This document shows, one piece after another, positions 30,287 to 38,522 of a stretch of DNA of 64,000 nucleotides. This stretch comes from an uncultured delta proteobacterium (GTDB lineage Bacteria; Myxococcota_A; Polyangia; Polyangiales; B10-G4). The position numbers were made by a program, and so were the translations under genes. Below the pieces are notes generated by a model that was not told the DNA's origin, did not search any database, and saw nothing but the letters and a program-made list of their open reading frames with translations. The stretch spans positions 1,216,001 through 1,280,000 of the forward strand of contig CAVSGI010000010.1 in NCBI GenBank assembly GCA_963727445.1, given 5' to 3'. Positions within the stretch are counted from its first letter, which is position 1; each line of letters starts with the position of its first letter.

Positions 30287-30985
30287 GTGCTCTACGGAAC
30301 CGCCTTCATCGTGACCGCCGTGCTTCTCGCGTTGGGCGCAGACGAGGGCGGCGTACTCACGATCCTCTACTGGCCGGCGGCCTGCTGCGCAGTGATCGGC
30401 GCCGGTTATCTGGGTCTGGGCGCCGGCATGCTGGGCAAGCGCGCGGATGGAACACGCCCGCTTTGGAGCTGGGTGATCTTCGCGCCCTATTACCTCTTCG
30501 TGTGGATCGCGATGACCTTCCTCCGCGGTCTTTCGAGCGAAGACCGCTACAACGAGGTGGCGCCGGGGATCTTCGTCGGCCGCCGCTGCGAGCTGGACGA
30601 GCTGCCGGAGGGCGTCTCCACCGTCGTCGATCTCACGGCCGAGCTCGACGTGCCTCGTGGCCTCAGAGACGCGGTCTTCTATCGGACGCTCCCCACCCTC
30701 GATGGCGCGGCGCCGAACGAGCGCCGACTCCGCGCGCTGGTGGACGAGGTCGCGGCGCGCCCCGGCCCCATCTACGTCCACTGTGCGGCAGGACACGCGC
30801 GATCGGCGCTCACCGCCGCGGCGATCGTGCTCCACCGTGGCGGCGCGGCTGACGCGGTGGAGGTGATGCGCAGCTTTCGCAAAGCGCGTCCCAGGATCGG
30901 CCTGTCGTCGCCTCAGTGGTCGCTGCTCCGGCGCCTGGCCGCGGCCAGCTCACCCGACGCCGGAGAAGCCCGTCTCGGCGATTAG
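30287..30985 (+). CDS. membrane-anchored dual-specificity phosphatase family protein
   Basis: N-terminal hydrophobic segments; VVDLTAE, LPTLDG, CX5R loop VHCAAGHARS. Confidence 0.85.
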   Translation: MLYGTAFIVTAVLLALGADEGGVLTILYWPAACCAVIGAGYLGLGAGMLGKRADGTRPLWSWVIFAPYYLFVWIAMTFLRGLSSEDRYNEVAPGIFVGRRCELDELPEGVSTVVDLTAELDVPRGLRDAVFYRTLPTLDGAAPNERRLRALVDEVAARPGPIYVHCAAGHARSALTAAAIVLHRGGAADAVEVMRSFRKARPRIGLSSPQWSLLRRLAAASSPDAGEARLGD

Positions 30986-31681
30986 CGCGTCCCGCCACGC
31001 CAGCAGGTCGGAGTAGTGCTCCGTGAGCTCGGCGTCCGTCCAGATGCGTCGCTCGGCAGGCCCACGTTCCGCCAGCTCGCTCGGCCGGACGTACTCGAGC
31101 ACCACCGCCATCACGACGTCGGCGTAGCTCGGCGCGTCGCCGATCAGGTACTTGCGCCCGCCCAAACCCTCGCGGAGCGCATCGAGCGCGGCGGCCAAGC
31201 CGGCGGGCTGTTCCGCGTCGTACTTGCCCATCGTCCGTTTGGCGATGGCGCGGGCGATCGGACGGAGCGCCGGTGCGACGAAGGCCGGGTAGGACCGGGA
31301 CGACGCCTCGTCCAGCGCTGTGGGGTCGTCGATCAGCGCCATGGTAGAGCGGCGGCGGCCGATCTCGAGCGCGCGCTCGCTTTGCTCGTTCCAGCGCTCG
31401 ACCGCCTCGAGCTCCGGGAAGAGCGATGCGCCGCGTCCATGGGCGTCGGCCCAAAGCGCGATGTTCCACGAGTCCTCGATGGCCCCGACGTCGGTACCGA
31501 GGAGCACCGGGACGCTCATGCGCCCGCTGAAGCGCCCGAGCCGCAGGCGCAGGCCGAGCTCGCCGAGAGTGGGCGTGTAGTGGCGCACGCGATGATCGAT
31601 GCTGCGGAGGTGTAGCGCCCAGGCAGCCTTGAGCGACCAGGGCGAATAGGGGATCGCGACGAGGCTCGGCCTCTTGCTCAT
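30950..31681 (-). CDS. glutathione S-transferase family protein
   Basis: YSPWSLKAAWAL, SVPVL, EDSWNIA, YLIGDAPSYADV. Confidence 0.82.
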   Translation of the reverse strand: MSKRPSLVAIPYSPWSLKAAWALHLRSIDHRVRHYTPTLGELGLRLRLGRFSGRMSVPVLLGTDVGAIEDSWNIALWADAHGRGASLFPELEAVERWNEQSERALEIGRRRSTMALIDDPTALDEASSRSYPAFVAPALRPIARAIAKRTMGKYDAEQPAGLAAALDALREGLGGRKYLIGDAPSYADVVMAVVLEYVRPSELAERGPAERRIWTDAELTEHYSDLLAWRDALIAETGFSGVG

Positions 31682-32274
31682 GGGACCGTGCTGGCTTCGG
31701 ACGACGAGGGCTGCGCCGGTCCCTCGGCGGTGATCGCGTGCTCATCGACCTCGCGGGCCACGCCTTCTCCCCGCGCACGCGCGGCTTCGATCGCCTCGAC
31801 CACCGCGTCGGGCTGACGGCAGACGAGAATGGTCGCGCCGCGATCTCCCCGCCGGTGTAGATGAAGGGCGCATCTCTTGCTGCCGAGCATCGAGTAGACG
31901 ACATCGCCGTTCATCGTCGCGCGGGCGGCGACGCCCATGCTCGTGCTGCGACGGGGAGCCGGCGCGATCTCCACCGAAGTGATCTCGTCGATGGGCACCC
32001 GCAGGTGGTGCGCGCCGACCTGAACCTCGAGCACGTCTTCGAAGACCGCCAGTCGCACCACACCGGTCACGAGGAGCATGACGATCGAGAGGAGCGGAAC
32101 GAGGATGCCCATGGTCGTGATCGCCAGAGACGGCACGAATGGAAGGAGCCCAGTGAAGAGCAACAAAGCGCCGCCTCCCCCCAACACCAGCGCAGGCAGG
32201 CCACCAGCGAGAAGGAAGATCCACAGCGAGAGCCGGGCCTTTTGGCGGTGGAGCGCGGCGATGGGCACGGACAC
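31678..32274 (-). CDS. hypothetical membrane protein (two TM helices plus soluble C-terminus)
   Basis: ORF with two hydrophobic segments; stop overlaps the GST start; GTG 32274 has TATGCT 7 nt upstream. Confidence 0.6.
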   Translation of the reverse strand: MSVPIAALHRQKARLSLWIFLLAGGLPALVLGGGGALLLFTGLLPFVPSLAITTMGILVPLLSIVMLLVTGVVRLAVFEDVLEVQVGAHHLRVPIDEITSVEIAPAPRRSTSMGVAARATMNGDVVYSMLGSKRCALHLHRRGDRGATILVCRQPDAVVEAIEAARARGEGVAREVDEHAITAEGPAQPSSSEASTVP

Positions 32275-32355
32275 GGCCGGCAGCATACGAGGTCGGGGGG
32301 TCGGGCTCACGGAAACCCCTATGGGCGCCTTCGTGAGTTTCCACACACGTCTTAC

Positions 32356-32395
32356 CTGACGAATCGTCAGGATATGTTATCTGACACTTCGTCAG
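32356..32395. promoter_or_regulatory. twin palindromic operators CTGAC-N5-GTCAG
   Basis: CTGACGAATCGTCAG (32356-32370) and CTGACACTTCGTCAG (32381-32395) directly upstream of a TetR gene. Confidence 0.7.
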
Positions 32396-32398
32396 CCA

Positions 32399-33016
32399 AT
32401 GGGACGTCCGATCGACATGGAAAAGCGCCGGGATCTGGGCCGTAGAGCGGTCGAGGTGCTGCGCCGCGAAGGCCTCGACATCTCGAACGCGCGCCTCGCC
32501 GAGGCGCTCGAGATCAAACGACCGACGCTCCTCTATCACTTCCCGAGCCGCGCCCACCTCGTCGAGCAGGCCCTCGAGGAGCTCCTCACGGAGCAGGCGA
32601 TCTTCGTGATGGAGCGGGTGAACCGTTACAGCCATCCCATCGACCGGATCTACGCCCAGGTTCGCGCCGTCCACGACTTCCATCGCGACCGCGAAGACCG
32701 CATCGTCTTCTTGAGTCAGGCCATCGCCACCAGCTCTCGGGCGCGGATGGCCGAGATCATCGACGTGGGTAATCGGGTCTTCGCGGCCCAGCGTGCCGCC
32801 GCCACCGCGCTCCTCCGCGAAGGCATGGACGAGGGCACGGTCGCCCCTTGCGATCCCGACGCCCTGATGGCGACGATCCGCGCCGCGCAAGACGGCCTGA
32901 TGGTGCAGCGAGTGATGACCGGCGTGGACCTCGCGCCTGTGCACGAGTTCATTTGGAAGCACGTGCTCGAGCCGCTGAAGTGCGGCGACGGCACCGAGGA
33001 GAGGGAAGAACCATGA
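32399..33016 (+). CDS. TetR/AcrR family transcriptional regulator
   Basis: MGRP..KRRDL..ISNARLAEALEIKRPTLLYHFPSR helix-turn-helix. Confidence 0.88.
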   Translation: MGRPIDMEKRRDLGRRAVEVLRREGLDISNARLAEALEIKRPTLLYHFPSRAHLVEQALEELLTEQAIFVMERVNRYSHPIDRIYAQVRAVHDFHRDREDRIVFLSQAIATSSRARMAEIIDVGNRVFAAQRAAATALLREGMDEGTVAPCDPDALMATIRAAQDGLMVQRVMTGVDLAPVHEFIWKHVLEPLKCGDGTEEREEP

Positions 33017-34452
33017 CGAAGCGATCGTTTCCCCAGGGTGGGCAGAGCCGCGAGGAGATCCTCGCCGCGCTGACCGACGCCAAATCCCGCGACCTCGAGA
33101 CCGACGGGCGCGCCTTCGCCTTCATCTACGATGCAGGTGAAGAAGCCCGTTCGCTCGCGCGCGAAGCCTACGCCGCGTGTATGAGCATCAACGGGCTCGA
33201 CCCGACGGTCTATCCATCGGCGCGCAAGCTCGAGAACTTCGTGGTTGGCGCCTGCCTCGACTTGATGAACGCGCCCGAGGGCGCGGTGGGCACCGCGACG
33301 GCGGGGGGTACCGAGAGCGTGATGCTCGCGGTGAAAGCCGCTCGCGATTACGCCCGCAAGCACCGGCCCGAGGTGAAGCATCCGAAGATGCTCCTCCCCG
33401 AGACGGCGCACGCCTGCTTCCACAAGGGCGCCCATTATCTCGGGGTCGACGTCGTGACGGTGGACGTCGACCCCGAGACGATGCGGGCCTCGGTCGAAGA
33501 CGCGCGCGCGAAGATGAGCGACGAGGTGATCCTGGTGGTCGGCTCGGCCCCCAGCTACGCGCACGGCGTGATCGATCCCATCGAGGGTCTGGCGAAGCTC
33601 GCCGCGGCAAACGGCGCCCTGATGCACGTGGATGCCTGCGTCGGCGGCTGCGTCCTGCCCTTCATGCGTGACAACGGCGTCGACGTGGCGCCCTTCGACT
33701 TCGCGGTGGAGGGCGTGACCAGCATCTCCCTCGACCTTCACAAGTACGGCTTCGCGCCGAAGGGGATCTCGATCCTGCTCCAGCGCAACAAGGAGCTCCG
33801 CGAGGCGCAGTACTTCGCCTGCGCCACCTGGACCGGCTACTCGGTCATCAACGCGACCACCCTCGGCAGCAAGTCCTGCTCGGCGCTGGGCGGCGCGTTC
33901 GCGCTGCTCAACCACCTCGGCCGCGACGGCTATCGCGCCCACGCCGACGCCATGTGGAAAGCCACCCAGAAGGCGCTCGCTGGCATCGAGCGCATCGACG
34001 GCGTCCACGCCGTCACCAAGCCCGACGCGAACCTCTTCGCTTTCGCCACCGAGGAAGGCGACATCTTCGAGCTCGCCGACCGTCTCACGGAGCACGGCTG
34101 GCACGTGCAGCCGACCTATTCGTACGGTCGCTCTCCCACCCACATCCACCTCACCATCGAGCCGACCAACGCGGCGCACATCGACGACTTCATCGCCGAT
34201 CTCGAAAAGTGCATGGAGGGGCTACCCCCGAAGCAGGAGGCGCCCGCGCCCGTGGTCGCCATGCTCGAGCAGATCACGCAGGCGAGCGGCGAAGACGACG
34301 GCCTCGACGCCGGCATGTTGATGGGACAGCTGGGCATCACCGACGGTCAGCTCCCATCTCAGAGCGCGATCATCCATCGTCTGATCGACGCCGCCTCCCC
34401 CGCCGCTCGCGAGCGCCTCCTCGTCCTCTTCTTCGGGGAGCTCTTCTCGTGA
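33013..34452 (+). CDS. PLP-dependent group II decarboxylase-fold enzyme, sphingosine-1-phosphate lyase-like
   Basis: NGLDPTVYPS, AGGTESVMLA, SAPSYAHGVIDPI, HVDACVGG, SISLDLHKYGFAPKG. Confidence 0.8.
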   Translation: MTKRSFPQGGQSREEILAALTDAKSRDLETDGRAFAFIYDAGEEARSLAREAYAACMSINGLDPTVYPSARKLENFVVGACLDLMNAPEGAVGTATAGGTESVMLAVKAARDYARKHRPEVKHPKMLLPETAHACFHKGAHYLGVDVVTVDVDPETMRASVEDARAKMSDEVILVVGSAPSYAHGVIDPIEGLAKLAAANGALMHVDACVGGCVLPFMRDNGVDVAPFDFAVEGVTSISLDLHKYGFAPKGISILLQRNKELREAQYFACATWTGYSVINATTLGSKSCSALGGAFALLNHLGRDGYRAHADAMWKATQKALAGIERIDGVHAVTKPDANLFAFATEEGDIFELADRLTEHGWHVQPTYSYGRSPTHIHLTIEPTNAAHIDDFIADLEKCMEGLPPKQEAPAPVVAMLEQITQASGEDDGLDAGMLMGQLGITDGQLPSQSAIIHRLIDAASPAARERLLVLFFGELFS

Positions 34453-36020
34453 AGCGGCCGCGCTTGCCCCGCCTCGGCCGCGGCGGCCCCAAGCTCCGCA
34501 TCGGCTACGGCCGGATCTTCCACGAAGCGAACACCTTTTCGCCCTCCCTGACCGAGCGCGAGGCGTTCACCGGCTTCCACCACCTCCTCGGGGACGCGCT
34601 CGCCGAAACGGCGACGCTCCGTGGATCCGAGCTGAAAGGCTACCTGCCCCACGCCGAGCTCACGGGCTTCTGCCAGGCAGCACGCCTCGCGGGTGACGTC
34701 GAGACGGTGCCGCTGTCGTCTTCCTTCGCGGTACCGAGCGGGCCGCTCACGCTGGACACCTTCGAGTGGTTGCTCGACGTGCTGATCGACCGCGTCCTCG
34801 GAGCGGGCGAGCTCGACGGGATCTACCTCGCCCTTCACGGCTCGATGGAGGTGAAGGGCCTGGGCGAAGCGCCCGAGGCGGTGATCCTCCGGCGGGTGCG
34901 CCAAGCGGCTCCCCGCGCGCGCATCGCCGTGAGCTACGACCTGCACGGCAACCTCTCTTCCGGCCTCGTCGATCCGGTCGACGTCCTGATCGCCTACCGC
35001 ACCAACCCCCACTGGGATCTGGCGCCCACCGGCTTCCGCGCCGGCAATCGCCTCATCCGAACCCTTCGCGGCGAGTGCCAGCCGGTCCACGCCTGGCGCA
35101 AGCTCCCGATCGTCCTGGGCGGCGGCACCACCATCGACTTCATGAAGCCGATGCGGAAGATCTTCCGCGCGATGAAGGAGATGGAGAAAGACCCGCGCGT
35201 GCTCAGCGCGAGCCTCTTCATGGTGCACCCCTACACCAGCGCCGACGACCTCGGCTGGGCGGCGCACGTCTCTACGGACGGCGACCAGGCGCTCGCCGAC
35301 ACCCTCGCCAGCGAGCTCGCCGACCGCGCCTGGTCCGTGCGCAAGGTGGAGCTGCCGCCGATGCGAAAGGCAAGAGAAGCGCTCGACGAGGTGCGTGACG
35401 GATCGTGGCGAAAGCTCGGCCCCGTCACCCTGGTCGACGTGGACGACATCGTCGGCGCCGGGGCGCCCGGCGGAAACACGCGCATCCTCGAGGAGCTGGT
35501 GCGAGACGATCGCGGCCTCACCACCCTGTTGACGGTGCACGATCCCGCGCTCGTCGACGAGCTCTGGGAGGCGCCGGTCGGCTCACGGAAGAGAATCACC
35601 GTGCGCGGGACCCCGGGCTACGATCAGCCGCCGGTGGAGATGGTCGCGACGCTGGCCTCACGGCGCGAGACGGACTTCGGTCGGACGCTGCGCCTCGACT
35701 TCGGTGGCATCCGCCTGGTCGTCGCGGAGCAGCCGCCGCTCCCCGTCCATCCCAAGCTCTTCCGTGAGATGGGTCTGAAGGTCCGCGACGCTGACGCGAT
35801 CGTGCAAAAGAACTTCTTCCACTACCGGATCTTCTACGCGGCCTCCTCGTTCCACCACATCCCGGTCGTGACCGACGGAGCGACCAGCCTGATCCGAGTA
35901 CGGGAGCGGGAGTACCGCATCCCGACCTGGCCGGGCAGCGACCCGAGCGATTGGCGCAGCGCCAATCGCATCCTGCGCGAAGGGCTCGCACGCGGGTCCG
36001 AAGACGTCGTGCGAGCGTAG
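34449..36020 (+). CDS. M81 / MlrC-like metallopeptidase
   Basis: FHEANTFSP, IYLALHGSM, SYDLHGN, AYRTNPHWD, DIVGAGAPG; GTGA overlap with the upstream stop. Confidence 0.85.
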   Translation: MKRPRLPRLGRGGPKLRIGYGRIFHEANTFSPSLTEREAFTGFHHLLGDALAETATLRGSELKGYLPHAELTGFCQAARLAGDVETVPLSSSFAVPSGPLTLDTFEWLLDVLIDRVLGAGELDGIYLALHGSMEVKGLGEAPEAVILRRVRQAAPRARIAVSYDLHGNLSSGLVDPVDVLIAYRTNPHWDLAPTGFRAGNRLIRTLRGECQPVHAWRKLPIVLGGGTTIDFMKPMRKIFRAMKEMEKDPRVLSASLFMVHPYTSADDLGWAAHVSTDGDQALADTLASELADRAWSVRKVELPPMRKAREALDEVRDGSWRKLGPVTLVDVDDIVGAGAPGGNTRILEELVRDDRGLTTLLTVHDPALVDELWEAPVGSRKRITVRGTPGYDQPPVEMVATLASRRETDFGRTLRLDFGGIRLVVAEQPPLPVHPKLFREMGLKVRDADAIVQKNFFHYRIFYAASSFHHIPVVTDGATSLIRVREREYRIPTWPGSDPSDWRSANRILREGLARGSEDVVRA

Positions 36021-36099
36021 GTCGAGAGCGAACCCTCTGTTACTCTCGGAGCTGGATGCTCCTCCGTGTCGCGCTGCTCTCGACGCTCTCGTTCGGCAT

Positions 36100-36330
36100 G
36101 GTGGCCTCGAGCCCCGACGTAGGCATCTCCGTGGGCAGCGGCTCGGCCATCATGTCGCGCCTCGTCGCCGTCGATCCACGCGCCGGCGACACGCCCACCC
36201 GCAGGCCTTCGGCACCTCCGAGAGCTATCTGACGAGCTCCGGCAGCTCGCGCGAGCGCTTCATCATCCTCGCGACCGACGGCCTGCCGGAGCCGGCGTGT
36301 GGCTCCACCCTCCCCGCCGCCATCGCCGGT
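36100..36330 (+). pseudogene. fragment resembling the C-terminal part of a vWA domain
   Basis: Across one frameshift (~36200): PDVGISVGSGSAIMSRLVAVDPRAGDTPT / QAFGTSESYLTSSGSSRERFIILATDGLPEPAC; no DxSxS N-terminal half seen. Confidence 0.4.
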
Positions 36331-36425
36331 GGACGTCCGCGCAGCGGCGGAGGGCTCCGCTACTACGAAGCGGTGGGAGGACAGCGCTCGACCGGGCGGC
36401 GATCGCGTGGCAGGCTCGGCGCGCC

Positions 36426-38510
36426 GTGAACCAGGGGCGATCGCGGACCAAGCTCGCAGCAGGGATGGCCATCGGTGTGGTGGTGGTCGTCGGCGCGGGC
36501 GTCGGCGCGTACCTCCTCGGCGGCGATGCCGCGAGCACCGCCGACGTCCCCAAGATCGCGGCCCGCCTGCGCGCGACCGACATGAAAGCCTCGGCCGATC
36601 CCCAGACCGGCCTCAGGCCCCTGATCAGCGTCCTCGCCGAGCCGACCGAGTACGACGCCATCGCTGTCGGACGCGATGGAACCCTCGCGCTCGCGATCCG
36701 CCAGGAAGGCGAGGTGCGGATCGTTCGCTTCGCCTCCGGGGAACAATCGGCCAGCTTCATCGAAGGCGCCCAGGCGGTCACCGCCCTGGGGGTCGATCCC
36801 GACGGGACGATCTACGTGGGGCTCCGGCGCGGAGGCTTCGCACACATCACCCCCAACGGCGCGGTCCAACAGGACACGACGCTGGCGGAAGGCTTTTCGA
36901 TCGTCGGCTTCGCCTTCGACCCGGCGTCACGGCGCTCGGCAGTGATGCTCAGCGGTGGCGAGGTGCGTATGGGGCTGAGGCCCATCAGCGCCGACTCGCT
37001 CCAGACGGTGACCATGCCCGCGGATGCGCGGATCCGCGCCATGACCTACGACGGCGATGGGGACCTCTGGGTGGCCGGCGACGCAGGCGCAGTCTTCGAG
37101 TCGACCGACGAGGGCTGGGAGGAGCACAACCTGATGACGCCCGGGCGCGTCACCGCTTTCGGGACCGGACCGGACGGAGACGTGGTGGCCGGCCAGGCGG
37201 GCGGGCAGATCTACCGGGGCGATGGCGGCGCGTGGTCACTCGTCGGCCAGGTCGGCACGACGCCGGTGGCGGTGGGAAGCGACGCGGAAGGCGCGGTGGT
37301 GGTGGCGGGAGCCGACGGCAGCCTGCACCGCCAGGGAGAGAGCAGCGCCGACTTCGTCGGGGTGACGGGGTACACGCCGCCCGACGGAGAGCACGCGGTG
37401 CACGGCGCGGTGCTGCTCGGCCCGATCGCCGCCTTGGTGACGCCGGAGCGCGCGTGGGTGTGGGACGACGTCCTGTGGGACTCGGCCGCCGACGACGTGC
37501 AGCATCCCGCGGGCGCCGAGGGACGTGTGGCGCCGCTCGGGCCCTGGTCAGCGCGATTCGTGGGTGACCCGCCGACGTACTTTCTGCCGGAAGGGGACGA
37601 GAGCATGGTGCGGCGCTACGAAGACGGCGTGCTCGTGTCCCTCGAAGAGGTTCCCTATCGCGGCGGCACGGTGAGCGCGACGTCCTTCCGATACGCCGTG
37701 CGCTCGGCGATCCCCGGCCGCCGGGTGTGGGTGAACGACGCGTACTACGCGATGGACGACCACGGCATCTCGCGTTGGGACGGCTCGGAGGGCTACGTCG
37801 AGCTGGCGCAATTCCCACAGGACGCCGGGCGTCTGGTGAACGCGAGCGGGCGGCCGACCGCCGAGGGCATCGAGATCGTCGCCGTCACCGATAGCGGCGA
37901 CATCTACCGCGCGGTGCTGGGCCCGGAAGAAGGCGCGTTCGAAGAGGTGGTGCCCTACGCGCGCTTCGAAGCGCTCACGCCGGAGGCGGAAGGCGAGGCG
38001 GAAGGCGAGGAGCAGCGCTTCCCCGCCAGCGCCAGCGTGACGTCCCTCTCCCTCGGCCGGCTCCTCGTGATCCACGACGCCGAGCGGATCTTCTCTGTCG
38101 ATCTGGCCGCCGATAGCGTGGAGCCGCTCGACCTCGGCGTCCCCGGTCGGATTCACGGCGTGGTCGCCATGCCTTCGGGGGCGCTCATCGCAAAGGGCAC
38201 CGGCTTGTTCGAGATCGGCGAGGACTTCGGTGTCACGCCCTGGGCGATCCCCGAAGGGGTCGTCGCTCGCTTCTCCGCGCGAGGCGGACAGCTGCTCTTC
38301 GCGACGCGCAGCGATCAGACGCTCATCGGGGGGGACAACCAGGGACGGACATTCGCCTTCCGGTGCCGCGCGCGCGCCTGCGAGCGGCTCCCCCTGCCCG
38401 CGAGCGTCGTCCCCGCCGCGCTCTTCTTCGCCAGCGACGACGAGGCGCTCGTGTGGCGAGAGGATGGCGTCTTGTCCGTGTTGCCGCTCGGCGTTCCCCC
38501 CGGAGCCTGA
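36426..38510 (+). CDS. membrane-anchored or secreted beta-propeller-like protein
   Basis: N-terminal TM segment (GMAIGVVVVVGAGVGAYLL); blades VTALGVDPDGTIYVG, IRAMTYDGDGDLWVAG. Confidence 0.65.
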   Translation: MNQGRSRTKLAAGMAIGVVVVVGAGVGAYLLGGDAASTADVPKIAARLRATDMKASADPQTGLRPLISVLAEPTEYDAIAVGRDGTLALAIRQEGEVRIVRFASGEQSASFIEGAQAVTALGVDPDGTIYVGLRRGGFAHITPNGAVQQDTTLAEGFSIVGFAFDPASRRSAVMLSGGEVRMGLRPISADSLQTVTMPADARIRAMTYDGDGDLWVAGDAGAVFESTDEGWEEHNLMTPGRVTAFGTGPDGDVVAGQAGGQIYRGDGGAWSLVGQVGTTPVAVGSDAEGAVVVAGADGSLHRQGESSADFVGVTGYTPPDGEHAVHGAVLLGPIAALVTPERAWVWDDVLWDSAADDVQHPAGAEGRVAPLGPWSARFVGDPPTYFLPEGDESMVRRYEDGVLVSLEEVPYRGGTVSATSFRYAVRSAIPGRRVWVNDAYYAMDDHGISRWDGSEGYVELAQFPQDAGRLVNASGRPTAEGIEIVAVTDSGDIYRAVLGPEEGAFEEVVPYARFEALTPEAEGEAEGEEQRFPASASVTSLSLGRLLVIHDAERIFSVDLAADSVEPLDLGVPGRIHGVVAMPSGALIAKGTGLFEIGEDFGVTPWAIPEGVVARFSARGGQLLFATRSDQTLIGGDNQGRTFAFRCRARACERLPLPASVVPAALFFASDDEALVWREDGVLSVLPLGVPPGA

Positions 38511-38522
38511 TAGAATCCCCCC

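Noticed and set aside
34449..36020. Microcystin degradation (mlr) cluster
   Set aside because: Only an MlrC-family gene is present, with no mlrA, mlrB or mlrD; the family is widespread
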